Program-made: the position numbers and the translations under genes | Notes under the pieces: generated by a model | Seen by the model: the letters and a program-made list of their open reading frames with translations, nothing else | The model's database searches: none | What the model was told of the DNA's origin: nothing | Assembly: GCA_964016885.1 (NCBI GenBank) | Contig: OZ024743.1 | Span: 128,340,001-128,404,000 of the forward strand | Source of the DNA: Eledone cirrhosa | Taxonomy: Eukaryota | Direction of reading: 5' to 3' | Length of the DNA stretch: 64,000 bases | Shown: one piece after another, positions 41,631-54,499 of the stretch | Numbering within the stretch: the stretch's first letter is position 1 | How the letters are laid out: every line of letters starts with the position of its first letter

Positions 41631-43918
41631 AAGTTCAAGCATGTTCTACAACGTGAGGACCAAAAACGTGAGGTGTTCAGGATTGCCAGGCAATGTGTCA
41701 AGGAAAACCGTGATATTGTCGGGGAGAAGTGTGTGCTTAACGATGATGGCATACTTGCCATCACCGACGCTGATAAGAAGGTAGCTTGGAAGTGTCACTA
41801 CGAAAGGCTTCTAAATGAGGAGAACAAATGGGAGAAAGACAGTCTCCCCCACATCGACCCAATAGAGGGACCAGCAGTGTTAGTCCAGGGTAGTACAATA
41901 AGCAAGGCAATCAAAGATATGAAGACGGGTAAGGCGGCTGGTCCTTCGGAAATAGTTGCTGAGATGCTGAAGGCATCTGGTTCGGTGGGACACACCATGG
42001 TCACCCGGATAGTTAACCAAGTCGTACAGAATGGGGTTGTTCCGAAGGACTGGCGTAGCAGCATCATCGTTAACTGCTATAAGGGAAAAGGAGATGCCCT
42101 AGATAGGAGTAACTATAGAGGCATTAAATTAATCGACCAGGTCATGAATGTCATGGAAAAAGTAATAGCGCAACTAATCAGAGAGAGAATTGATCTAGAT
42201 GAAATGCAGTTCGGATTTGTGTCAGGCAAAAGTACCACAGACGCTCTTTTCATTGTACGACAACTACAGGAGAAGTACCTAGCTAAAAGTAAACCCCTAT
42301 ACTTAGCTTTCGTCGACTTGGAGAAAGCCTTCGACAGAGTCCCCCGTTCCATTATCTGGTGGTCTCTTAGAAAACTAGGTGTTGACGAATGGCTTGTGAG
42401 AGGTATACAAGCCATGTATAAAGAAACAGTCAGTAAGGTTAGAATTAACAACGAATATAGTGAAGAGTTTAGCGTAAAAGTTGGTGTCCATCAGGGCTCT
42501 GTTCTTAGCCCCCTACTATTTATTATTGCCCTTCAGGCTATAACAGAGGAGTTCAAGACCGGCTGCCCATGGGAACTCCTATACGCAGATGATCTAACGC
42601 TCATAGCTGAATCAATGACCGAACTAGAGAAGAAATTCCAAACATGGAAGCACGGCCTAGAATCAAAAGGCCTTAAAATTAACCTGGCTAAGACTAAAGT
42701 TCTAGTTTGTAGGAAAGAAAATAAGGCGGCAGTCCCATCTGGGAAATGGCCATGCTCAGTGTGTAGGAAAGGCGTAGGTAGAAACTCCATTTTATGTCCC
42801 AAATGCAAAGTATGGGTGCATAAAAGATGTAGTGGGATCACAGGTAAGCTAAGTAAGAACATAGATTTTACATGTGGCCGGTGCTCTGGTGCAATAAGTA
42901 GCAGCAAGTGCCCACAAAATACTAGCTCCTTCAACTGCGCAGAGGGTTCTATAGAAATAGTGGACAGCTTCCGTTACCTGGGTGACAAAATCAGCAGTGG
43001 GGGAGGGTGCTCTGAAAGTACAGTAGCTAGAGTCAGAACTGGATGGAAAAAGTTCAGAGAGCTTATACCACTATTAGCCGCTAGAGGGTTCTCCCTAAAA
43101 ATGAAAGGCAGGTTATACGATGCCTGCATACGAACAGCAATGCTGCATGGCAGTGAGACCTGGGCATTGTGTGCAGAGGATATACGCAGACTAGAGAGGA
43201 ACGAAGCTTGCATGCTCCGCTGGATGTGCAATAGTAATATATGTGAACGGCAAAGCATAAACGAACTAAGGAAAAAATTAGAAATAAGAGGGATCAGATG
43301 TTGTTTACTCAAGAGAAGGCTACGTTGGTACGGTCACGTGATGCGCATGAAAGACGACAGCTGTATAACAAAGTGCAGGGCAATAAAGATAGACGGTAGC
43401 CACGGAGTAGGCAGACCCAGAAAAACATGGGACGAGCTGATAAATTCCGACCTCACACGCTTACACCTCTCCAAGACAATGTCACTGGACCGAGACCTTT
43501 GGCGGTACTCAGTAATAGAGAAGACCCGCCTTACCTAAATACAAAGTAAAAACCTACTACAGTCAGTAGGCATCTCTATCAAAACACCCCCTCGTCCCAC
43601 CACCTCCACACCCCCCCTTTCAATGTAAAGTTATGTTGGTCCCACAACATCCAGGCCGAAACAAATGAGATCGTTTAGGTGTCACGACAAAAAAACACAC
43701 AGTCCACGCTGTAAATGTGGCCGTGTAGGCAACACGGTAAAAACCTCCCAGCCCCACACTGTAAATGTGGTTGGTGTTAGGAAGGGCATCCAGCTGTAGA
43801 AAACCCGCCAGACAGTCCTATGCGAGCAAGACAACCACTCTTGCCTCAAGTGGGAAAACCCCCGTCCAAACCCATGCAAGCGTGGAACACGGACGCTAAA
43901 CCTGATGATGATGATGAT
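41631..43918 (+). mobile_element. Young 5'-truncated RTE-clade LINE with 3' UTR and (GAT)n tail
   Basis: Uninterrupted RT frame, ~380-bp 3' UTR and tail. A possible imperfect TSD is ATAAATAT/ATAAACAT. The 5' part overlaps the copy at 63500-64000. Confidence 0.96.
41673..43538 (+). CDS. RTE LINE ORF fragment: reverse transcriptase with an inserted PHD-type zinc finger (APE endonuclease missing)
   Basis: NYRGIKL, QFGF, AFVDLEKAFDRV, GVHQGSVLSPLLF, YADD (42582-42593), C4HC3 finger (42753-42884), [15 protein letters not shown] and GRPRKTW. The GTG start only reflects the truncation. Confidence 0.93.
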   Translation: MFRIARQCVKENRDIVGEKCVLNDDGILAITDADKKVAWKCHYERLLNEENKWEKDSLPHIDPIEGPAVLVQGSTISKAIKDMKTGKAAGPSEIVAEMLKASGSVGHTMVTRIVNQVVQNGVVPKDWRSSIIVNCYKGKGDALDRSNYRGIKLIDQVMNVMEKVIAQLIRERIDLDEMQFGFVSGKSTTDALFIVRQLQEKYLAKSKPLYLAFVDLEKAFDRVPRSIIWWSLRKLGVDEWLVRGIQAMYKETVSKVRINNEYSEEFSVKVGVHQGSVLSPLLFIIALQAITEEFKTGCPWELLYADDLTLIAESMTELEKKFQTWKHGLESKGLKINLAKTKVLVCRKENKAAVPSGKWPCSVCRKGVGRNSILCPKCKVWVHKRCSGITGKLSKNIDFTCGRCSGAISSSKCPQNTSSFNCAEGSIEIVDSFRYLGDKISSGGGCSESTVARVRTGWKKFRELIPLLAARGFSLKMKGRLYDACIRTAMLHGSETWALCAEDIRRLERNEACMLRWMCNSNICERQSINELRKKLEIRGIRCCLLKRRLRWYGHVMRMKDDSCITKCRAIKIDGSHGVGRPRKTWDELINSDLTRLHLSKTMSLDRDLWRYSVIEKTRLT

Positions 43919-43929
43919 AAACATTTTAA

Positions 43930-44150
43930 TCCTTTAGCATTTAAACCAGCCATATCCGGCCAGAATTCTCTCACCTCTTTCAGTTCAAACCAGCCATAAC
44001 TGGCCACTCATACTCATGTTAAGGTATTGTTCTCAAAATAAATAAAATCAAAATCTCATAGATTCAATATTATGCGAGATAATTATGTAAGATAAAGCCT
44101 TCACCACAAAAATACAATAGTATATATAGAGTAATGTAAATGCTAAAGGG
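43930..44150. mobile_element. piggyBac-like MITE (sister of 6542-6762)
   Basis: TTAA flanks, with TCCTTTAGCATTTA and TAAATGCTAAAGGG termini. Confidence 0.8.
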
Positions 44151-44337
44151 TTAAAATATCCACTGAGCTAGAATGAGTGCAATCAAAAGTAAACTAGTTG
44201 TCCTTGTTTGGCAAGAGACTTGATCTGTGACCGAGACTGTGATGTTGAAACTGAAGCAATTACATCATGGAGTAGTCATTTTAGCCAGTCAAATGACACA
44301 CAAAATCAGTTAAATCCTCTTTAATTTTTGGTGAAGT

Positions 44338-44730
44338 GGAGGCATGAGGCCTAGGGGTAAAGGTGCTTGACTTACAATGATAATGTAATGGGTTCGATTC
44401 ATGGGCAGTGTTACAAGATTTGTTCTTGAGCAAAACACTTCATTTCACGTTGCTCCAGTATACTCAACTGAAAATGAGTAACAGCAATAGCTGGGGGTTT
44501 AAACCTGCAATGGACTAGCATCCTGTCCAGGGGGACTCTTGAACTCTTAGGCTTAGGCGCTTCACGTTGCTCCAGTATACTCAGCTGAAAATGAGTACCA
44601 GCAATAGCTGGGGGTTTAAACCTGGAATGGACTGGCATCCAATCCAGAGGGGAGTCTTGTGCTCTTGCCATGAAACCAGGATAAGTACCAGCCTAACGAG
44701 ACTTCTGGCTTAAGACAGACTTTAGTCTTA
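44338..44730 (+). mobile_element. tRNA-head SINE with an internal ~100-bp tandem duplication
   Basis: GGGTTCGATTC B box and TTGAGCAAAACACTT core. TTCACGTTGCTCCAGTATACTCA.CTG is present twice. Confidence 0.7.
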
Positions 44731-44993
44731 GACTATTAAAGTGGAAGTGTGTTAGTGACTAGCTCGCAAATAGTGCAACAAAAATGTTGACATTAAGAAA
44801 CAAATGTTAAATGGAAAGTGAATTTAACAGGCTTTTTGTGGTTTTTAATGGCTAAAATGACTCTTCCATGATGTCACATATATATATGTGTGTGTCAATG
44901 TCAGTATAAATTAAATGGAAAACAACACAGCAAAATGATACAGTAGAATAAAGATATATATTAATTTAATGATAAATATAGTTGGAAAAACAG

Positions 44994-45028
44994 TCCTAAC
45001 GATTCAAACACTAGTTCTTCATCAGAAA
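44994..45028 (-). ncRNA. Decayed minimal hammerhead motif (PLE pseudo-LTR-like)
   Basis: TTT CTGATGA AGAAC-tagt-GTTT GAAT CG TTA GGA, with GAAA mutated to GAAT. Confidence 0.45.
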
Positions 45029-45482
45029 ATAGAATGAGAAATAAAAGAAGAAATAGAAAGAAAGCGGATAGTGAGAAGAGGAAGAAATGGGAAAAAATAT
45101 TTTTGGAGAAAAAAACATGTATGTGTTCAATTAGCTATATATTGTCCAACCCATGCTTGCAGGGAAAATGTAAATAAAATGATAATATAACTGATGATGC
45201 TGATGAGGGTATATGTGTATATACATTACACATACACATATATATATATACATATATATATATAGATAAAAGGTGAAGTTGGAAATAGCACAGAAAATAT
45301 ATTTTAGGGTCTGGTTTTCTTTTTTTCCCTTTCTTTGATGCATCATTGTGACATTATTGACATTATTGAAAAGGTGATATTATTGAAAAGATGGCATTGA
45401 AAAAATGAGAGGGACAATTCTTTAAAATAAAAGCTTTATAGTGTATATAAAATATATAAAGTATTACTGGATTCGATGTGTG

Positions 45483-45598
45483 TATAGTGTGAGGGTGTAT
45501 ATATAACAATACACACGTGTGCTTGGTGGTGGTGGTGTTGAACCCCCCCCCCCCTTCCCACACACGTGTGTATTGTTATATACACACCCTCACACTAT
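45483..45598. repeat. Inverted repeat with ~39-bp arms and a G-rich/C-rich spacer
   Basis: TATAGTGTGAGGGTGT...ACACACGTGTG and its reverse complement, next to (TA)n. Confidence 0.85.
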
Positions 45599-46296
45599 AT
45601 ATATATATATACACACACACACACTCCCTAAAACCATATTCCAATAACAGAATTTCTTTTACAACCCTACTGTTGCCATAGAATTTGTCTCTAGCTTACA
45701 ATTCCCCATCCCCATTTGAACTCTTGACCAGTCAATTAACACAATCAGATATACACACACACATATTTACAGAATATTTCCTTTGCCCCAAAAAAACAAT
45801 TTTGTTCTGTGAAGAAACATACCAACACTACTGCTAGTATCATGACTACACACCTCTCTCTATATATATACACAAGAATTCATTCTCCAGTCCACTTCTG
45901 AAGATGGAAAAAAAACTTACTCCAACACTTAATTTTAAATCTTTAATTTTTAGTTTTTAATTCCTATTAATTCTTTTGTTAAGAGGAATTTTAATAATAC
46001 ATCGAAACTGGTAATACTTTATATATATTATAAAATTTTTTTAAAAAGAAATGTCACTCTCATTTTTTCAATAATGTAACTGTGACGAATCAAAGGAAAA
46101 AAAAACCCCAAAAACAGACCCTAAAATATATTTTTCATGCTATTTCCAACTTTACCTTTTCTCAATATCCACTGTTTTGTATAGAACCTTACTTGCCTTT
46201 TCTAATATGCACACACGCACACACACATATATAATTATATTTGTTTTGCAAGGTTTTTTATATGAAATCGTGTGTCAAAACAAATATTGTTATACT

Positions 46297-46558
46297 TGGG
46301 GAGGGTCATATTGTTGTAATAATATTGCCAGAAATAATAACAGAACACACTCACTGCTTGGTTGGTTTTCGCGTCTGTATCTTTTATATCTCCACAGTTA
46401 ATTCATTTGGTCCTCAATGTTTATCATTGACTGACCAACGGTCAAAAATAAAAGTTACAAATATAATATAAAAGATACAGAAGCGAAAACCAAACAAACA
46501 GTGAGTGTGTTCTGTTATTATTTCTGGCAATATTATTACAACAATATGACCCTCCCCA
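46297..46558. mobile_element. MITE-like or fold-back element with ~92-bp inverted arms
   Basis: TGGGGAGGGTCATATTG...CTTTTATAT and ATATAAAAG...CAATATGACCCTCCCCA. Confidence 0.75.
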
Positions 46559-46923
46559 TATTTATATATATATATATATTAAAATATATGATAAACACGA
46601 AACATGTTTACATTGCAACAGACAAAGTTAGCTATTAATGAAATAAACTAATTAAAGTGAATACAAATTGTCTGTCTCGATATAAGTCAATAAAGACAAG
46701 CTTATATTGGCAACGGCCATGATTCCTGGACAGATTTAAATTTCAAAATGCAAACCCGTTCCGTAGACGAATTTGAACCTCGAAACCTAAATCCGTTTCG
46801 CAACGGTGGAATGTGAATTGAAAAATAAAGAGAATCAAAATGGAATAGAAATAAAAAGTGAAATATCCAAATCTTCTGTGCTTATCAACAGGAATCCAGT
46901 AAAATTAGTATATCTCACATCAA

Positions 46924-46954
<31 letters not shown>

Positions 46955-47184
46955 TTCACCCAGCTTATGCTGATCGGATAACTATCATGATTGCTTACTG
47001 TTTTCCCAACCTTCGGTTTGCTTTTCCTTCTGTTGTTTACTTGTCTCACTCGCTTTACGCGTTTCACTTGTCCCAATAGCTTATTTTAGTTATTGCTCAC
47101 ACCAACCTGAGGTATCTGATTTTTAATGCGATGAAATACCAATGAAGGTTGGCAAATCACTGATGAGGGACTAATTTTATAATA

Positions 47185-47238
<54 letters not shown>

Positions 47239-47533
47239 AGAAGTTATATTCCAACGGCTTAATTTAAATGTACAGGATTTAAACCTCTCCAACACTAATT
47301 TGCATAATAGACCAATAATAAAATTAGTAACCCCACTATCCGGGAGCTTCCAACCAACATGGTCACATTCTTTAAGGGTATGTCAATATTTGTTTATAAA
47401 ACTGATCTATATTATATTTTATCTGATGAAAGCGCACCATAATTTGCTTTGGTGTCCTTGATGTATAATGAAATAAATATGGTTATATAAATATAGTTTC
47501 CATTTGTAATATATTGTATATATATATATATAT

Positions 47534-47865
47534 GGAGGCACATGGCTTAGTGGTTAAAGCATTGGCCTTGCAATCGAAAGGTTGTGAGTTCAATTTTCAG
47601 ACTGGGTGATGTGTTGTTTCCTTGAGCAAGACACTTTATTTCACATTGCTCCAGTTTACTCAGCTGTAGAAATGAGATGATAGGACTAGGGTCCATATCA
47701 TTCCACTGCAAAGTGGTCGTGGAGGTGCCACGGCAAAATAGCACCCAGCACTCACTGTAAATGAGGTTGGTGTTAGGAAGGGCATCCAGCTGTAGAAATC
47801 AAGCCAGAATCAGTTCCCGTCCCACCCTTGCAAGCAGGGAAAAGCGGACGTAAAATGATGATGAT
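47534..47865 (+). mobile_element. tRNA-head SINE, family B, with the 3' tail of the RTE subfamily at 61581-62443
   Basis: A box TGGCTTAGTGG, B-box-like GAGTTCAATT, and tail CCCGTCCCACCCTTGCAAGCAGGGAAAAGCGGACGTAAAA(TGA)n. Inserted in (TA)n. Confidence 0.87.
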
Positions 47866-47880
47866 ATATATATATATATA

Positions 47881-49639
47881 TATCAAAATGAAAATCCGAA
47901 GGCAAGGTAAAATTCCAATCATTTAATCATGACACGTGTTTCAATAAGAGATAAATCAATTGTGAAGCCATGATCGATTATCACTGATCTCATCAAATTC
48001 TTGATATGAGGGAGAAAAGATAACGATGTTCTCTCACAGAATTCATTCCCTCATATGGAGACACACCAGTGAGAGACACAGCGACTGCTATTAGCTTCAG
48101 TTGAGGTCATAAAAGTTTTCAGATTTCTATCGCTGCAAAAGACGACGTTGGACATCAATCAAATCTGTAGGGATACATTCAGTCACAGATAAAAGTAAGT
48201 GGGTACACACACACTCCACACCCACATACATCGGCTCGAGGTCAAAGAAAAATATATACATATATATACACACATCAATACAGTATTAAACCTGTAGAAT
48301 TAGCGTGGGTGGGTACAGACACACTTTCACACACACCGAAGCAATGTCCGAGCAAAAAAAAACAAATATAATAAAACAAATATAAGAATGTACCAACACA
48401 GCACTCACCGAAAGTTAGTTCACAAAGCAACAGAAGCTATGTCGGTCAAATCTCAATTTGACGATGTAAATTGGAAATATTGGCTTAACCAACGCCCCAT
48501 ACACACACGCGCGCGCGCAAGTAAGTTCAGTGTTCTGCTATATGTGTATAGATCGAATTGTAACATCCATATCTTCAAGTGTATGTTATGGTATATACAC
48601 ATCCGAATCGTCCAAAAAAGGGTATGTCCGGGTATATACACATCCATGTGAAGAGCAAGCAATCAGCTCATGTCGAACTCCTTGTGTCCCGCTGTCCCAT
48701 TGAGAATCTGTGTCACCAAATCTGTGCGTACAAGCAACAGCAATGTAGGCCAGCAAAGGGCTCCGTGTAGGGTTGGGTAATGGGTAAATGCGTCCGCAAG
48801 TGCGATTTCCCGTCATATGGGCCAATGAGCTTTTAAGATAGTTGTTTGAGTGGTGGAGGTGAAGTAAGAAAACACAGGACAGTAAAATCCAAAGGATGTG
48901 TGTAGGCCCATTAATGGTGTGTTAGTATTATTGTTCAATCCATAACAGTGAGTCCTCCATGGTTAGATGATCATGCATCAAAACCTGGTGTAGTGTTCAG
49001 TCGGTAGGAACGTGACAGTCGTAATTGTGGGAGCTCAATGTATAAAGGAAACGGGTACTGTGTGTAGAGCTATGTATAATCAATCTAACTATTTACTAGC
49101 TAGGTATTCTAAAAGAGAGCACTCAGCTGTGAGAACTCCGTGGAAACAGGCCGAGTATCGTTTGCAAGTGCGCAAACAATCTTAGCCGTCTAACTACCTA
49201 AGTGTGTGACTGTCCGTTTATTGAGAGAACTCTATGGCTAAAGTAGAGAGGGGAGGAGTTATTGGTAGGTTACCTTCCAAAAATTCTGCAGAAGGTTTTC
49301 GAGGTTCTATGTTGACAGTTGCTGAAAAAATCTGCTCTCCTATTAATTAATAGGGGGGCCGCCTCTAATAATATTAAAAGTTTCAGCTATACATAAATTG
49401 CAGATGCCAGTGCTGCCGTTATAAGGTTGGGCTGAGCAAACTATGGACCGTGATTAAATGATTGGAATTTTACCTTGCCTTCGGATTTTCATTTTGATAC
49501 TTATACTCCATTTTACATCATCTAGCTGTTACCTCAAATGGAATTGGAGATATACAAAAGCGTGGAGAACTTAATATTGCTAACATAAAGTTATTGGACC
49601 ATTTTACACAACCAATAATGCACCTTACTATATAACAAC

Positions 49640-49640
<1 letters not shown>
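47881..49640 (-). mobile_element. 5'-truncated Penelope-like element with an inverted pseudo-LTR piece
   Basis: The minus strand at 49449-49270 encodes SIVCSAQPYNGSTGICNLCIAETFNII..LINRRADFFSNCQHR, the PLE endonuclease C-terminal CNLC..E..LN.R...C.H motif. A decayed HHR lies at 47925-48000, 49450-49499 is the inverted copy of 47881-47930, and both ends lie in (TA)n. Confidence 0.8.
47925..48000 (-). ncRNA. Decayed type I hammerhead with a long stem II
   Basis: TTGATGA, an irregular stem II (GATAATCGAT/ATTGATTTATC), then GAAAC ACGT GTC (palindromic stem III, GUC triplet). Stem I pairing is poor. Confidence 0.55.
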
Positions 49641-49672
<32 letters not shown>

Positions 49673-49769
49673 TTATATATGTGTATACATGTGTGTGTAT
49701 ATATATATATATATAAATAAATAGGAAGTGTAAGTCAGCAGGTTAAAATTAACTTTCTTTAGCATATTC

Positions 49770-49828
49770 GCTGTTATATATATTTCGGTGATAACAATTA
49801 AGCAACAGCTATGACCTCATCAGACAAC
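49770..49828 (-). ncRNA. Type I hammerhead ribozyme with intact core
   Basis: GTTGT CTGATGA GGTcATAGC-loop-GTTATcACC GAAA TATATA TA ACAGC. Stem I is GTTGT/ACAGC, the G10.1-C11.1 pair is present, stem III is the palindrome ATATATAT and the triplet is AUA. Confidence 0.8.
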
Positions 49829-49897
49829 TAGTATTTGCACAGAAAAACCCAAATTAATAAATATAAATTCATTTGGGTATGCTCTGGTACCTTCATA

Positions 49898-49998
49898 CAG
49901 GGTGTCCAAAGAAATGTATACAGACTTCAATAGCACTCTAATAAATATTGCATGTACAGGTAATTAAAGTGTGTATACATTTTTGGGAGGACACCCTA
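49898..49998. mobile_element. Tc1/mariner-type MITE (~100 bp)
   Basis: TA|CAGGGTGTCC.AAGAAATGTATACA at the left end and TGTATACATTTTTGGGAGGACACCCT at the right. Confidence 0.7.
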
Positions 49999-50018
49999 TG
50001 TATATATATATATATATA

Positions 50019-50376
50019 TCATCATCACCGTTTTACGGCCATTCTTCCACGCTAGCATGGGTTAGACGGATTGTCCTGTTGTGAGCAGTGTCCGGTCCGC
50101 TGACCTTGCCTTGCTCATACGGGAAATGATTCTGGCTTGATTTCTACAGCTGGATGCCCTTCCTAACACCAACCTCATTTACAGTGAGTGCTGGGTGCTT
50201 TTTTTTCATGGCGCCTACACGTCCTCTTTACAGTGTAGGCTGGGTGCTTTTTTGCTGTGGCACCTCCACAACCACTTTGCAGTGGAATGATAGGGACAAC
50301 ACATCACCCGGTCCGAGAATTGAACTCACAACGTTTCGATTAAAAGCCCAATGATCTAACCACTAAGCCATGTGCC
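50019..50376 (-). mobile_element. tRNA-head SINE, family B head with a different RTE-derived tail
   Basis: Head as in 47534. The tail CCGTCTAACCCATGCTAGCGTGGAA matches the LINE ends at ~2045-2106 and ~25600-25640. Confidence 0.82.
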
Positions 50377-50377
50377 T

Positions 50378-52597
<2,220 letters not shown>

Positions 52598-53205
52598 GGT
52601 GGCTGCCAACTCGTTTTCGAGTACGGCCACTACTTTATATCCATGTAGGAGAACCCCTACCGATGCGCTGAACGAATGTGACTTTTTAGTCCAGCCAGCG
52701 ACTTGAAAACTCTGGCACAAAGACTACACTTGTGACCATTATTGACACATAGTGCAGGGCCCATGGTACCATGTGATGACAAGTGCAGAGAGATCTCCAG
52801 ATATAAAGCAATGCCTGTGCTGTGAAGCTTTTATAGTGAGCAAAGGCACTGCACAAAGCCAGTCCCACTCTCTTAACCAAGATGATATTTACCAAAAAGA
52901 AGAACAAGTCAACATCATTGGATACCATCAGGGTTGCAGGTGTTATATCAGAGTTTTCCTTCTCCTAGAATTCTGCCTTGACAAAGGCTAAGGGGTCATC
53001 TCTCCCGGTGATTTTGGATGGCTATTGAGTCTTAAGAGCTCCCTTGCCCTTTGACAGGTTTTGTTTTTAGTCCTGCAGGATGTCCAAAGTCACCCTCCTC
53101 ACCAAGAAACCTTGGTGGGGTTGCCAGTTTAGTCGCCAACGACCCGACCATGAGACAGGTTGTACTGGGATACATGTTACCAGTAGCACCAACTGGTGAC
53201 CTGAC
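52598..53205 (-). mobile_element. Probable RTE LINE 5' UTR-derived segment embedded in (TA)n, with an HDV-like ribozyme candidate at its 5' end
   Basis: The minus strand has CTAGGAGAAGGAAAACTCTGA, which from memory resembles RTE 5' UTRs. The 5' end has partial HDV-fold elements (CCAGT/ACTGG, GG-hairpin-CTAA). No ORF was recognised. Confidence 0.45.
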
Positions 53206-53206
53206 A

Positions 53207-53238
<32 letters not shown>

Positions 53239-54499
53239 CATATATATACATATATATATACATATATATATATATATACATATATATACATATATATACA
53301 TATATATACATATATATATATACATATATATACATATATATACACATATATATATATACATATATATACATATATATACACATATATATACATATATATA
53401 CATATATATACATATATATATACATATATATACATATATATATACATATATATACATATATATATACATATATATACATATATATATACATATATATATA
53501 TACATATATATGTATATATATACATATACATATACATATATATATACATATATATATTTGGAGGAGGTTATAGTTCACTTGAAGCATTGTGTAATGAGGT
53601 ATAAACGTTTGAATATGTATAATAAAGCCAAAACAATGCAGGTATGGACATAGAAAAAAGAATGCAATTGCAAAAGATATTGTTGACAAATCGTCTTTTA
53701 CCTTAGATTTATTTAAATGTCCTTAATTTTTGAGATAATATCTCTTCTTCAGAGGGAAATAAAAGTCTCAAACCAGCCTTCTAAATATCTTGCGAAGCCA
53801 TGCTGACAGGAAATAGTATAGAGTATCTGTTCTATCTCTCATGTCAAAGAGTTAAAATTAGATGGATAAAGAGTAGTCTCCCTTTAAAAGGGATTTGTTT
53901 AGGGTTTTTTTTTGTATATATACATGCCTGTTTAAGTGTGTGGGAGAATGCATGAAGGTGTAAGTATGTGAGTGTGTGTGTGTGAGTGTGAGAAGATAAG
54001 TCTATTCGTAAATGTGGGGGATAGGTGTTATCTGGTGTTAGAACTGGTTTTGTGTGTGTATGTGTGAGAGAGAATAAGTGGAGGTGTAAGCGTGTGTGTG
54101 TGTGGGGTGTGTAAATATGGGGCTAGAAGCCCTATCAGATTATAAATTGGGTGTTGAGTTCTAGTCTATTATTGACTGGTGGTTGTGTTTTATCTATAAT
54201 TAGTGCTTCCTTAATTCTAAGATTGCCGAGGTTTCTTTCCTTAGTTTCTATCCTAACTGTTACGGTTTTGTCGGTGTTTTTGCATTTAACTAGGTGTTTC
54301 TTAAATGAGGAAGCGTTAGTATTGAGGTGTTCTTTTATTCTTATGTGGAGTGGTCTGGTGGTGCTACCTACGTAGAAGTTGTTGCATTTGTCACACTCTA
54401 GTCTGTATACGACGTAAGCCTGGTGTCATAGGTCTGTGTCGTTGATGGGACAGTTGGCTAGTCTGCAGCAGTTGTCATGTCTGGTGGAGTGTCTTCGGA

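Noticed and set aside
47050-47175. Hammerhead-like fragments (GAAACGCGTA on the minus strand, CTGATGAGGGAC on the plus strand)
   Set aside because: The two halves cannot be assembled into one fold on the same strand.
47534-47610. tRNA gene
   Set aside because: A and B boxes are present but there is no full cloverleaf. It is a SINE head repeated at 15560-15634 and 50305-50376.
48690-48870. Plus-strand GIY-YIG-like peptide (NVGQQRAP...SAISRHM)
   Set aside because: It is stop-ridden and weak. The convincing PLE coding remnant in this element is on the minus strand at 49270-49449.
54427-54429. TGA at a Cys position in the left PLE arm as possible selenocysteine (as reported for some Naiad PLEs)
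   Set aside because: The sister arm has TGC, so one substitution explains it. This element has a C-terminal endonuclease and I saw no SECIS.
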